This document shows positions 1-16,041 of a stretch of DNA of 64,000 nt, one piece after another (position 1 is the first letter of the stretch; each line of letters begins with the position of its first letter). The notes under the pieces are model-generated. The model was given only the letters and a program-made list of their open reading frames with translations. It ran no database searches and was not told the origin of the DNA. Location: positions 5,332,001 through 5,396,000 of the forward strand of contig CP075496.1 in assembly GCA_021613535.1 (NCBI GenBank). The letters run 5' to 3'. Origin of the DNA: Adineta vaga (taxonomy: Eukaryota; Animalia; Rotifera). The position numbers and the translations under genes are program-made.

Positions 1-53
1 AAATGAATCTTCTTCGGGTTGGAAATGTTTATTTTTGTCTATTGATACTTTAG

Positions 54-2487
54 GAAAAATTCCTCATGGTCTTAAATTACACCCCGATCGTATTCATATG
101 GTTTATCCATTAGGATGCAATTTAGTTATTGAAAATTTACAAACACGACAACAAGAATTTCTTCTTGGACATAATAATAATATTTCATGTGTCACAATTT
201 CAAATAATGGCAAATATATTGCTTCAGGTCAAGTAACATTTATGGGTTTTAAAGTAAATTTTTCATCTCACTTCTGTTTTACTGTAAAAAAATGTATTTG
301 GTGAAATTCTTTTCTAGGCTGATATCATTGTTTGGGATTATGCAAATCGTGAACCATATGCTCGTCTTGTTTTACATAAAGTCAAAATTGAAGATTTAGT
401 TTTTTCAGCATCCGATCGTTTTTTGATTTCACTTGGTGGACAAGATGATGGTGCTATTATTGTTTGGAATATTGATACGAAAGAACCCGTATGTGGTAGT
501 CCAGCTCAACATAAAAGTGCGGGCATTACTTATTGCTTAGCTGCATCGAAAGAAGATGATTTACAATTTTATAGCGCTGGAAAGTAAGTCAAGAAATCGA
601 ATGATCGTCTTATATCATAAATATATTCCGAAATTTAGTGGTACTATTCGATTCTGGCAATTAGATGTAGCTAATCGAAAAATTCGAGCAACTGATATCA
701 ATACAGGTGTCATTAAACGTATTGTCAAATGTATGACTGTATGTAAATCAAACGTTTGAATTGATAGACAGAAAAAGAAGGCGTCTAATATTTGCTATCT
801 GTAGGTATCACCCGATGGTATACATCTCTATTGCGGAACAACAACAGGTGATATACTTATGATCTATATTCCGGCTACTCAATTTAAAACAATGGGACCT
901 GAAAAGAAAAAATATTCGATGGGTATTACGGCCATGCAAGCATTAGTGAATGGTGATGTTTTAATTGGAACAGGCGAAGGAAAAATTCATTTGACAGAAA
1001 AAGAAACATTCAAATCGTTAAAGTAGGCTTTAACCAAGATTAAAAAAATAAATTGTTAATCTTCGGTCTTTCATCGTAGATCTTTACAAGCATTGGGTGA
1101 AGTTACTTCATTGGCATTGAGAGGAGAAGGTCACATGGTATGTTATGTTCCTAATCACATTTAGTAATAAAATATACAGAAGATGGTTAAACTATTTTGA
1201 GAGTACCATACATTTTTCTAATTGGTACCATTACTTGAAACTTGCGATTGTTTTATGTAGATTTTTATTGGCACAGATCGATCACATATCTATAAAGTAA
1301 ACTATGGTGATTGGAAAATGGAATTAATTAATACATGTCATAATTCACCAATCAATGATGTTGCTTTTCCATTGTAAGTGTCGAATAATAATTCAAGAAT
1401 ATATGTATAAATCTCTCATTTTATTTCTCAGTGGTACTTCGGAGTTATTTGGTACATGTAGTTATCAAGATATTCGGTAAATGAGAAGAAAAATCCTTTT
1501 CAAATGTTACCATTTCCTCTAATTTTAGTATATGGCATGCACCAACTGGAAATGAATTATTACGAATTTCTCAAGCAAACAAAACATGTAATTCCCTTTG
1601 CTTTACTCGTGATGGCAAAATGATCGTTAGGTAATACAAAGATTTCATTGTATTTATGAAAAATGAACGTTTTTTTTATACATCTAGTGGTTGGGATGAT
1701 GGTCGTATTCGTGCATTTTATCCTGAATCAGGTCGTGAAATGTTTACTATCAATGATGCACATCATCGTGGTGTTACAGCCGTTGCTGTTACAAATGATT
1801 GCCGTCGTATAATTAGTGGCGGTGGTGAAGGTATGATTCGAGTTTGGCAAATCAATGCCAAGTCACAAGAACTATTAGCAACAATGAAAGAACATAAAAA
1901 TGCCGTTGTTTCGATTCGTATCAATAAATCTGATACAGAATGTGTTACAGCATCACTCGATGGTACTTGTATCATTTGGAATTTGAAGTAAGAAAAATGA
2001 TTATTGAATGTAACAAAGACTTTTTCGAATTTTCTTTTCAGACGTTTTGCTCGTAATCAAGTTCTATTTGAAAACACACTTTTTCAATGTGTTGCTTATC
2101 ATCCTGAAGAATATCATATTATTACAGGTGGTACTGATCGAAAAATTGGCTATTGGGAAGCAGCAAATGGTGCACAAATTCGAGAACTTGAAGCCTCAAA
2201 AAGTGGAACAATTAATGGCCTTGATATTGATAATGCGGGTAATTATTTTGTTACAGTTAGTGCCGACAAACTAGTGAAAGTAAGTCGAAAAACTTCAGTC
2301 GTATATGTATTTAAATATGAAAATTATTTAGTTATGGCGCTATAATGAAGGTGATGTCATTAGTGTTGGTATTGGTCATGGTAGCGAAGTGAAAAAAGTT
2401 AAAATCTGTCCTAATACTCAACACATTATCTCTGTTAGTGCAGATGGAAGTATCTTCCGTTGGAAATTTCCCACATCCACAGCGTAA
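54..2487 (+). CDS. CFAP52: Cilia- and flagella-associated protein 52 (WDR16), multi-exon; first exon lies upstream of the window
   Basis: Spliced translation GKIPHGLKLHPDRIHMVYPLGC...YIASGQVTFMGFK|ADIIVWDY...SGWDDGRIRAFYPESG...SVSADGSIFRWKFP matches CFAP52. About 11 short GT-AG introns; stop TAA at 2485-2487. Confidence 0.95.
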
Positions 2488-2599
2488 AGACAATTCAAAA
2501 GCAAAAAAAACGATTTTAAAAACCAATTTATAGACGATTTTTTTTCTATAAATGTATATGAAAAAAAAGCCGATTGAGAGAATTCTTATGTTCAATTAT

Positions 2600-3421
2600 C
2601 TAAGATATAACATTAACACGTCTTTTTCGTCTTCGTTGTCGTTTTTGTACTGATCCAATAGTTAATAAACGACAAATAATATCAATCAATAGAAGACATG
2701 CACAGAGAAGACCAAGAATCTAAGAGAAAGAATTCGATATTAGATTGAGATATAAGCAAAAGAGAGAAAATTTTACTGCAGCTGCACAAGCAGCACCTGT
2801 TTGTGCTTTCCGAAAACCATTTGGTGTCGATTGATAGGAGTTCGATATGTAATATTTACCGAATATTCCAATAAGCTTTAGTTCCCAAAAGACAGCTGAT
2901 GTCGATACGGCTAATATTGGAAGAAAGAGAAAGATGAAAATGATTGCAATCTAAATGAAACAAGAAGAATTAAATATATGACTGAAGAGAATACATACTA
3001 TTCGCGTAGTTATTTTCCAACTTTTTCGTCTACGTAAACCAATAAATACATGAACTAAATAAAATATGAACATAATCGTAAGACATGAGGCAAAAATAAT
3101 TATGGCTGCTGTTTTCACTGTATATGCTGATAATAATCTGTAATCATTGTTTGTCGAAGTTTGATTACATTGATTCCATATTGTAATATTTTCATTTACT
3201 ATCGATTCAGAACACAATTGAGAAATATAATCTGCTTGTTGTGCCCAACCAGTCGATGCAATTAATGCAGATATTATACCAAAGAGAAGACATATCAAGA
3301 AAAAGAAAAGAAAAAGAACTTATTGTTTGCGTAAAAGGTCGATTTATTTTACCATCATTAAGATTTCTAAAATTCCAAGGAATGATTTCCAATAGACTCG
3401 ATCACGACGATGAATTCGCAT
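2600..3421 (-). CDS. Four-transmembrane, MARVEL-domain-like protein
   Basis: Exons ~3421-3353 (MRIHRRDRVYWKSFLGILEILMM), 3295-2999, 2950-2778 and 2719-2600. They give four hydrophobic helices and a basic tail (QKRQRRRKRRVNVIS*). The YWKSFLGILEILMMI start resembles a MARVEL first helix. The first intron needs a non-canonical TG acceptor. Confidence 0.65.
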
Positions 3422-4020
3422 ATTTGTAAACTAACTAAACCTTCTTAAACTTCAAAACAAATGATCTTCTACTCGTTGATGTTTCTCTCTTGAATATTAT
3501 TCAAATCAATTTATTAATTATCTATCATTATATATTCCTTTTATCTCTTTAATAACATTGCTTATCATCTTTTACATGAAAGGTATGTGTAGGTGAGATT
3601 AAAACAAATCATTAACCTAAATCAATTTGATTAAACTATTTTAAATACATCCGAAGATCGCATTTTGTTTATTAATTTTTTCAAGGCACAGCAGAACATT
3701 TTTATCTACATATATGTAGATACATGATCAATGAATCGTTATTTCGAGATATTTCGAAGGAATTCATTTAAAGAAATGATAATTAGTTTTGTTCTGTTCA
3801 AATTTTATCAATGTTATAAATAAACGATGTATACCTTTTGCCAATATAATTAAAAAATTAATCAAATGATCGTAAAATATGCACACACAAAAGAAGAAGA
3901 AAAAACAAACATGCAAAGCCAACATGATGTAAAATGCATCGTTTTTTTGTTTTGTAATCAGTTGAATTCGCTTATCAAGACAAAAAAAATAAATAAATGG
4001 ATTTATTTAACCGTTGTTTA

Positions 4021-6211
<2,191 letters not shown>

Positions 6212-6537
6212 ATCGTATTCTTCTTCAACTATGAATAAAATAAAGAATCATACCAAGTTAACAACTGCTATTTATATTATATATCTCTATTGCTAGACAA
6301 GCCACCGCCCCTTCGTTCTTTCGGCGCTCATTCGTTCTATTTCATACTATGAAAATCCTTCGGAATAGAGGTCGTTAGTTAGGTATTCATTAATTAAAAC
6401 CGATTGGATTAAGTATCAGCAGAAGGAGGTTACGATATTCAGTTATCCGTTGAACTGATTTTAAAAAAAAGTGAGGAAAAATTAGCATCATAGAAGTGGT
6501 TGATTAATTTAATATTTAAATAGCATTGATATATCAA

Positions 6538-9500
6538 ATGTCATCATCAAATATATGTGAACGATCTCTATGCCTTTTAAATTCGGATAATCTTCAATCA
6601 AGTGTACAACCTTGGCGAACGATTTCTGATGCACAATTTCATCACGATGTTTGGTATGAATATACAGTTTCAAAAATCCATGACAGATTATCTCAAATCT
6701 TCTTCTTTATCTAGTGCTCTCTATAACAATGCTAATATCAATCCAATTCAATCGATTCAAAGTGATTATCTACCAGCATTCATATCTTATGTTTGGTCAT
6801 TAGTACATCGTGGTTCTCATGTTTGGGCTGTTGATCATCCATCAGCAAGAGAAACAACACCAGTTAAATTTGTTTTGAAATATGATCTCTTAATCTGGGA
6901 TTTATTCTATCGTACAACAAGTAATTATCCAACATTAAATTCTGGTATTGTTTATCCTAAAGTATTAATACTTACACCTGATTGGTTTACTTGTGAAAAT
7001 ACATATAAACATTTATCAAATGTTCATTCAGATGTATTAAAACAAGTATCGATGTGTTGTATTTATGAAGGACAAAATCATGAAAATGAATTATATACAA
7101 AGTTTTTAACACAAGGTTGTGATCTTCTGATTGCTACACCAACTATAGTTCATGATTTAATACAAAAACGTCATATTCATTTTGAACAACTTCAAATGAT
7201 TGTTGTAAGTTTCAAATTCACATTGGCAATCAAGTGTAGATTTCTGAGAGTATTGTATTATCTAAGCAATGATCTTCGAGTTTAAATTGAGATTAAATTA
7301 TGACAGCTGCTGTCTTCTATCTTACGCTATATTTCGCTTCATTTAGTATGATCAATTTGATCTTCTTCTTCAAACTATGAAACCAATTGAAGAAATTTTA
7401 AATCTTCTTCAATTACATCGAACTCAAATAGATTCAATTCAACATTTTTTTCTCTCTCGTATTGTTAATCAACAAACAAAAGATTTTATTTTTCAATATT
7501 TTTCATCGAATTCAAATTATTATTATCTTTCATCATCGATGCTTGAAACTTATACCTATAAAAATTATTTTGTCTATTGTGAACCATGTCGAAATTGGTT
7601 TGAACGAAAAAATATTATCAAAGAAACATTAGATTTAGCATCTCGTCATCATAAAAAGGTTATTATGTGTGCCTATCAAACACGTCGTTTAGGTACAATG
7701 CAAAGTATTCTCAATGATCTTTCATTTCAATCAATTCTTATTCATTCACAATTACATCATGATGAAATTCAAGAATATATTCGTGAATGGCAAACAATCA
7801 ATGATCGTCCATTAATATTACTTATTCAAGATGAAATTTTGAATGATATAACTATTGATAATACAGATATTCTTATCCATCTCGATGTTCAACGATTGAT
7901 TTGGTATCAATCATTTCATCAACGTATGAAACTTCTTTATAAACGTTTTTTCAATGATAAAAATCTTAATCATATCCAAAAAACTCAGTTAACATCATTA
8001 AAATCAATTGATAATTTTTATCAATTAAATTCTTCATTAAACATTCCATTAGTTGTTATTCTTTGGCCTGGTGATTGTGCTCAAGTAACATATGATTTGA
8101 TTGATTATATCAAAAATTCTAGTTCATATTTACATCCATTAATTGAACGTTTAGCAAAGAATAATTGTCATGAATCTTTATTAGCAAAAGTCAATGTAGA
8201 ATTTTGTCCAACATTGAAAATGTTTGGTGAATGTTTGAATGAAAAGAAATTAAAACGTTGTCCATATCGACATCATTTTCATTCAGATGTTGATTCGATT
8301 GAACAACGAATTGATGAAATAAATGAAAATCAATTATCAAATACCTATGAATTATATTTACCTATTACAGGCGAAGTTGAATTACGTATTACACATATTA
8401 GTGATGGAAATCGTTTATGGGCTAATATTTTACGTTCAAGAAATGATATTAATCAAACATTAATAAAACTTTTTGATTATGATTTATTTTATCAACAAAT
8501 TCAAGATGCATTTGATCATGTCAAAATCGACCATTAAGTGAAATTGTACTAGGAGAAATTTACTTTTATAAAGATGAAAATAATACAATTCATCGAGTTT
8601 ATGTACATGAACAAGAACAAACTTATTTTCATATACGAAGAGCTGATTCGATTTTAAATCGACTTTTAAAAACATCAAATACAACAACAACAACAACAGT
8701 AATCAGTGATCAAGATACAAATAAACAATCATCAACTACCAATGAACAAAAGTAATTCGAATTAATCGATTTTATATGAAATATAATTATCCCCTTTTCT
8801 TAGTTTATCTATGATCACCATTGATCGTCCAACATTAACTGTCTTTAGTCTTGATACCGGCATAACATTTACATTAAAATCTAATGAACATCTCTATTCA
8901 ATTGAACCCGCTTCGTTAAAACATTATCCACCATTAGCAACAGAAATTATTCTATGTAATATTTATCCATTAGATAAAATCACCATGACATTTACACCAT
9001 TTACAATTGAAACATTACGTTCATTGACATTAAATGAAATATTTATGGGTCGAATTAAATTGGCAACACGTTCTTGTTTTTGGATTGATCCACTTGTTAA
9101 ACCAGTTCGTTTAACAGCATTGAAACGTATTGCATACGATAAACCTATACGAAAACAATTGATTCTATCGAAACTTGTTCAATCAAATGAAAATCATATG
9201 AACGTGCTCGAACGTTTAGCAATTGAAGTAAAACTTAATGATTCATTTATAACAAATAATCAACAAGAAATTCAAGAACCTATTGGATCATTAACAAATC
9301 TCGAAAAACAAGAAGAAGTAAAGGAAAAATCTACGTCAATAATCAAACTAGATGAACAACAAAATATCAATGAAGAAACAATTGAAGATTTTTCACCAAT
9401 ATTTAAACCATTTCTTAATCGAAATGGACAACTTATTATTAATCCTGTTGGTCGATCGAAACAATTCTTTTCAAAACATAATCAACAATCAGATTTCGAT

Positions 9501-11026
9501 TTTATAAAACCAATTTCATCAGAAAATGAAGAATTACCGACAGAGAAAACGACGAATAATTTTGATCGACATATGCCACTTGGTCGTGGTTATAAGATTA
9601 ATCCTGAACCATCATTATCGGACAGTATTCTCAAACGACCACAATCGATTTCAACAACAACAACGACAACAACTCATTTTCAAAGTTTAGATAACGTTCA
9701 ACAAACAGCGATTGAATCAACCGATTCATCAGTTACAACACCATCAGAAATTGGACCCACTAGAATGACAGAAATTCAGAGTAAAACTGAACAAATCAAA
9801 GAGGAAGAAGATGATCGTGCTGAAATATTTGAAGTAAGTGTTTAATTATCTAAGAAGGAGAATTCATCACTCTTGCAAACTTAAACTTCACTAGTGCTTG
9901 AAATTGTGACGAATATCATCAGTCATAAAATTGTTTTTGTTTTTCATTCATTTCGAAGGATACAGTTGAAACAATATCAAATGTCGAATCGACTGTTGTG
10001 CCAACGATACCTTTATGTGAATCAAAACCAGAAGAAACAGATGAGAATGATCAGATGATGTTTATTTTCGGTCCAAAATTATTCTCTCAACTGCGTCAAA
10101 TAAAAGATATGGAAGATGAACAACGTCGTCAGGCTGATTTTCCTGTTCAACGAAATCGTAATCGTTATACGAGAACTCATCATTCAAAACCAACTACTCA
10201 AGATAATAATAATCAAAATCGAGGTGATGAAAATAATGATACAAATGAACAACACATTCCTCCACCAAGTATGAATCGTTATGAACCATTTGTTGGCGAA
10301 CGTGGCCCATTAACACAAGAACAAATAAACTACAAACGAACACAACGTAAAACACGTTTATTTTGGGAACAAACTTCTCGAGATATTTATTTAACAATTG
10401 GTTTTTATAATGTTGATTCTACTCAAACACGTGTAGAATTCGAATCAAATTTAATTTCTTGTCACACACGTATTCGAACGTATGATCGTTTTGTTCGAAT
10501 CTATTTGGCACATGATATTGTACCTGAAAAAAGTCTTTTTCAAGTTCGTCGTTCGAATATTTTATTAACAATACGAAAAGCAAATGAAGGTGTTATGTGG
10601 ACAGTCTTATCCGATCGACCAGTTGAACCTAGACCAGATTTTTTCACTATTGAATATGGTTCTGATGATGAATCGGATACGGAAAAACGACGTCGAACTG
10701 TTAATCGTCAATGGGAACAAATACGTGATGATAAGCGTAAATCACAATTAACAACAACTCACAATGACGATGATGATAAATTTCTTCTTGATGATATGGA
10801 TGATGATGATCAACAACAAACACAAACCAACAAATTAAATTCTCTCAATGATGATAATGATGAAGATAAAAATCAAAAAGAACTAACTGATACTTCATCA
10901 GATTGTCATTCAACAGATTCGGATGATTGTTATTATGAAGATCAAGTACCAGCTAATCATATTCCAAGAGGTTATGATGAAGCCGATTATGATCATCGAT
11001 TTTATGGACAACAAATGCGATCTTAA
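6538..11026 (+). CDS. TDRD12: TDRD12/Yb-family protein: degenerate DEAD-box helicase, CCCH finger, extended Tudor and CS (p23) domain; frameshift near 8522-8527
   Basis: Exons 6538-6653, 6715-7204, 7347-8751, 8804-9833 and 9959-11026. Motifs: PKVLILTP, GCDLLIATP, CPTLKMFGEC..CPYRH, GEVELRITHISDGNRLW, PPLATEIILCNIYP, FWIDPLV and the CS-like LFWEQTSRDIYLTI. This domain order matches the C-terminal two-thirds of TDRD12. Confidence 0.8.
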
Positions 11027-13126
11027 AAATTCTAGTCAGATATAAATTGTTACTGTTTTTTTTTCTATTGTGTTTAGTTTTCTTTTGTGATAGGATAAAG
11101 AAAAAAGAGATAATATATATGCATGTCTTGTCGAGATTTATCAGTTTGTTTGATTTCTAGATAAGGCTGATGAAAAATTGATCTTACGATTAAATAAAAA
11201 TGAAATTTTTATTAACAATTTTTAAAGAAATTGAAGAAAAAGAGAATATTTATATTATAGAGTATAAGACTTAATTTTACATGAATATAACAAGATTTTG
11301 TATCCGAAAAAGATGAGTTTTATTGTTACATGTATAATTATCTTTCGAGGGAATTGTAGAACAAAAGAAATGTAATTGTCTATTCAAATATCTTCCTGTT
11401 TTTCTTTTGCATTGCACTTTCAAAGACAAATTGAAATAGAAATGTCAGATTTTACTCTCCATTTCCGAAATTTTTTTACAAATTAACCTCGTTCTCGTTT
11501 ATAGTCATTTGCGATAGTGAAATTCTTCTTAGTTTATCAGCAATCAAAGACTTCATCTGGTCATTATGAACTTCATTTATCAAGCGTCATCATTTTCAAT
11601 AATAGTAATTTGAAACACCAAAAGTCAAATCTTTTCTTTCATCTATATCAATTCATGATCGCACACTCTCAAGTTTACTACCAAATTCTCTTTTTTTTGT
11701 ACATAATTGATTTGTAAATACGATATTCAAGAATATTCGCAAATATGTCGAATGTCTCGACGTTGTTATTAGATAAAAAAAGACAAGAGAAGAGAAAGAA
11801 ATTTTTTCTTCTTTTTTTTTCTTGTGTAATCCAAGCCATATAAGACATAAGAAAGGGAATATTTACGTCTTTATTTATTTCATCAATGTCATGTTCTTTT
11901 ATCGTTCGTACAGCAATGAAAGTCATGTGAGAATCACACGAATTTTTACATTTTTATATACGTTATTCGATTCCTCTTAGCACAAAAAATAGTTACTTGA
12001 TCGTATGTAGATTAAAAATTGAAATTTGTGTTGTAACGAGATCGTTTTCTTATTCTCTAATCTTTACTAATGATAAATAATGATCATTATTATCTATATT
12101 TATCTTGTTAGAAGTAAGTGAATAATAAAATTAATAATCATGTTTTTTTTTATTTCTAAGTATGTTAGAAAAATAAGTCTTTAGATGTTGTTCTTTTTCT
12201 TTCTTCTTCCTCTTCATTGAATAATGAAGATCATGCGAAATTAATGAAGAAAAATTGAGAAGATTCATGATGTCTTCATGTATTTGACTTTGATAAATTA
12301 ATTTCTAGTTAGTATTTTTTGTCAAAAGAACGAGAAGAAAATGTTATTTATATTATGCGTTATTTGCTCTTTCCATCGCAATTATGATCAAACTTTAGTG
12401 ACTAGTACAACACCTTCTTTCTTTCTATTGATAATCGAGTGAAGAAGATTGTATAAATGTCATTTCGTTTCATGCAAATTACAATAAACTATGTTTTGGT
12501 TGAAAGCATATGAGTATTATATTGAATAATATTTGTTATTGATAAAATCCTATTGATTTACTGAATAGATGATGGATGTAAGTAAGTGCTTTACTTTCCG
12601 TACTATCTCAAAATGTCAGTTATCATTTGTGATGAATAAATATAGTTCGTACTAAGTAATGAACATAATAACATCTTTCAAACGATCGATTTGAGAAATA
12701 TTTCAACTGGTAATCGATCAAGAGAATAAATTACCAGCAAATTTTGATGAATAGTAAAGGACAAGAAAAACGATCTTTCATCAATTATTGTATTGTTGAA
12801 ATGATCTCTATTTGTCTTTGTTATTATAATTTATAGGATAAGTATGTAAAGAATAGTCTCTAAGCTGAGAACAATCTATTCGAACAGCTGGGGAAAATGT
12901 GAGAAAAAGATTGTCAAGGTTCATTATGACGTCGATAGTTCGATGAACAATGTACCACAAAAAAAGAAAGAAATTTTCCTATATGACGTCAATACATGTT
13001 GATGACATTGTTAGTCAATGTCAACTATCATTTTTCGATGATTACGTAAGTTATCGATTGACTAATTCCTTTTTCTTCTCTTTATTGTTATCTTTCTCTT
13101 TTGCAGGAAAAATCCGCAATTGATTT

Positions 13127-13130
<4 letters not shown>

Positions 13131-13170
<40 letters not shown>
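13131..13170. repeat. (AT)n microsatellite
   Basis: About 20 uninterrupted AT units. Confidence 0.95.
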
Positions 13171-13172
<2 letters not shown>

Positions 13173-13560
13173 TTTCTTTTTTTTATCTAGACGATCAGCA
13201 AATAAATAATTTTGGTAAGAATCTACTGACGACGATATAAGAAATATATAATTATTTCCGTTTGAAGAATTTGTAACGTTGGTTTTTAAGGTATTTTCTA
13301 AACGATTGATTTATAGATAGATCTTTTTCTCTCACTCTCTATCGTTTTAAACGAACGTGATACTTTGAATAAATGAGAGTTGTTTTCTTATTTTTCATAT
13401 CCGTTCCGAACTAGACGAACTCATCGATGTGTGTTACTATTTAACATCGGCGTCGAGACGAGTATGTAGGAAAGTAATCATTAATTTGAAGGAAAAAACG
13501 TCTTCTTTTAGTCTGTATATATACATTATTAAACTAGTTGTTGAGCCATTTCTCGACGCA

Positions 13561-13625
13561 CGATCAATTGATCGGCAATGTGTATATTTGAGAGTGAAAA
13601 TTCAACGAACGCGATCAATTGATCG
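13561..13625. repeat. Two copies of the 14-bp palindrome CGATCAATTGATCG
   Basis: Exact copies at 13561-13574 and 13612-13625, with similar flanks. Confidence 0.85.
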
Positions 13626-16041
13626 GTAGTGTCGTTTATATTTACTATTGGTACTCTCTTTTACTTCCGACTATTTACTAGAAAAGATAAGAATCTCGAC
13701 CTAAAAATGGTAAGTGCTTTTAAGATTCTATCGAAAAGACAACATACTTCATTTCCGTTTATATTCTATGTTGAAACTACCAAATAAAGAAGAAGAATAA
13801 AACAAACTTAATTCTATTTATATGCTCTGTAGACTTTAACAGGTCTATGGCAGAAAGATTCGATTAGTATTTTGTTATACTGATGTTTTCCAGTACTATA
13901 AGACGTTTTCTTTCCTCGTTATCCTTTATTCTACTGGAGTGTCATCCGTTCCGATGATGCTTTCGAAGCACATAAGAAAGAAAACGAGAAAAGTAAAAAA
14001 TCATTATTGTTTCTTTCTTTTTTTAGGCACATGAGCGTATAGATGAAACTCGTGCATACTACTCACATTATTCTGTCTTTTTTTCTTTATCGCTGAGTTG
14101 CTCGTCTTTTTTCTTCTTCACTTACACACCGCAAGAAGAACAACTATAGACATACAACCAACATAGATACAGACAAAGAATGATTTAGAGTTCGAACTTG
14201 TACATCGAGAAAAAAGAAGTGCAAAAGGTAAAGACAAAAAAATATACTTGAAAATAAGGTAAGCAACGAACAGAAGTCGACATATCGATTTTTTATATGA
14301 AATACAAAGTATATTATTCACTTGGGATAGATATTTATTTTGAGAAAAATAATTCATATCAATACTTATCTAGTTGAAAATAATTGTAGTTTTATCATGG
14401 AAGTATAATCATTCTATAAATACATATAATTGTTATTATTATATGTTGATAAGAGTGTGAGGTAGATAAGTTACGATAAGTGTCATAAAGATGAAAATTC
14501 ATTTGTAACAGTAGAATATTAAGTTAGTAAATAAAATTAATTTAAATCATTTCATAGATTGATTCAAATAAATGCGTAATTTCTATTCGAATTGTATATA
14601 TTTATAATTGAAAGAAAGATTTATTAAGGCGTGTTTTTGTCTATGTAAAGAAATGCTTTTCATGTAACATGTAGTAGTAATAGTAGTATTTTATTATTGT
14701 AAAAAAAAACAAATATCCCATGAGTATTGTGTGAAGTTTTTTCTACTAAAATACATTAATATGAAAAAAATGTTTTTCTCGGAAATCTATTAATCACTTT
14801 TGATCAACATTTTCAGCGATCTTCTAAATATATTCAGTTCTAATATACTATGACTGTTTCTGTTTTCGTCTAGTTAACACGTCAGCTAAAATGAACCAAG
14901 AGAGAAATAGGAAGAAACAGTAGGAATGGAAGGAGAAAAACAGTAACGTCGATTTTGCTTCTCTTGAATCGTCCGTCATGTTGTTATCATATGTACGTTG
15001 CCTTCTTTTCTCGTCTTCTCTTTCTTTACCGGTCATTCGCTGTTTTATCGTCTCGTCATTCTCTTTTTCTTCATTACTATATCCCACATACTTCTAGTCA
15101 TTATAGAACGACGCGTAAACTTGATCAACCCAACTTCTTCTTCACCACAAATAAATGTGAGTTCTTATCTATTTCAATCGTAGAAGAGGTCTAAATTTGT
15201 TTTTGTTTTGCTTATTATTTTTTTTATTTATACAGATATCTTGATGATAAATAGAAAACAAAAATAATCGATTCTGTATAAAAATTTTGAGAAAGGAGAG
15301 AGAGAGTGCGAGCAAAAAAGAGCGAGAAAAAAGTAAAGAAAAAAACCCATATGAATGCTCTTGCCGTCAACGAAGCATAATACTAATAAGCATTGCTTAT
15401 ATGACGTGCACGAATAGAATAAACTTTTTTTTTTCAACCTCTTGTCAAGGTAAATTAATGTGAGTAATTGTATGATAGTGGCTTTGCGGATAGTTAACAT
15501 GATGATATCTATGATATTTTGTTTCATTGTTCTTTTGTTTGATATGATTGTTTTTGTGGGATGAATACAACACAAAGAAAAAGTTTTGAAGATGATTTTT
15601 TCATTTGTATATATAAATATATGTATATAACTTTGTTCTTAATCAATGGCAACAGACGACGATCTGTTTACGTTGAATAAACAGATTCCATTTAGCCTTT
15701 CGTCGATCAGAAATTTTCATACCATCCAGGGATTTCTCGTTTCATGCGTAGCTCGTAGTATAACCGGCTGTTACAGTTTCTTTTCTTCTTTTCTTCAGAA
15801 AAAGAAGAAGATTCATTTGTTTTTGTCGGCAATGCCGACACTCATTATTACGTGGTATCATACTGATGATATGCCGTGTAATTGACACGTACAGAAAATA
15901 TCAAATGCACTAGAACAGAGAGAAAAAACATTTTGTTTTTGTTCGCATGTTTTGGTTCGTTTAATTTCGATTTAAAATTTATTCTAGATTGATCAAATAA
16001 TTAACAAATTGTTTTGAAGCTTCTCATTATTTTACATTACA

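Noticed and set aside
1763-1975. Antisense ORFs overlapping real genes (also 16386, 19318, 50632, 51909, 52704)
   Set aside because: Shadow ORFs caused by codon bias of the sense gene.
8520-8538. 19-nt GT..AG mini-intron or programmed frameshift in TDRD12
   Set aside because: Removing it creates an immediate TGA, and there is no X XXY YYZ slippery site.
11500-15900. Short ORFs rich in F/L/I/K in the intergenic region
   Set aside because: Composition reflects poly-T/poly-A tracts; no domains or coherent exon chain.
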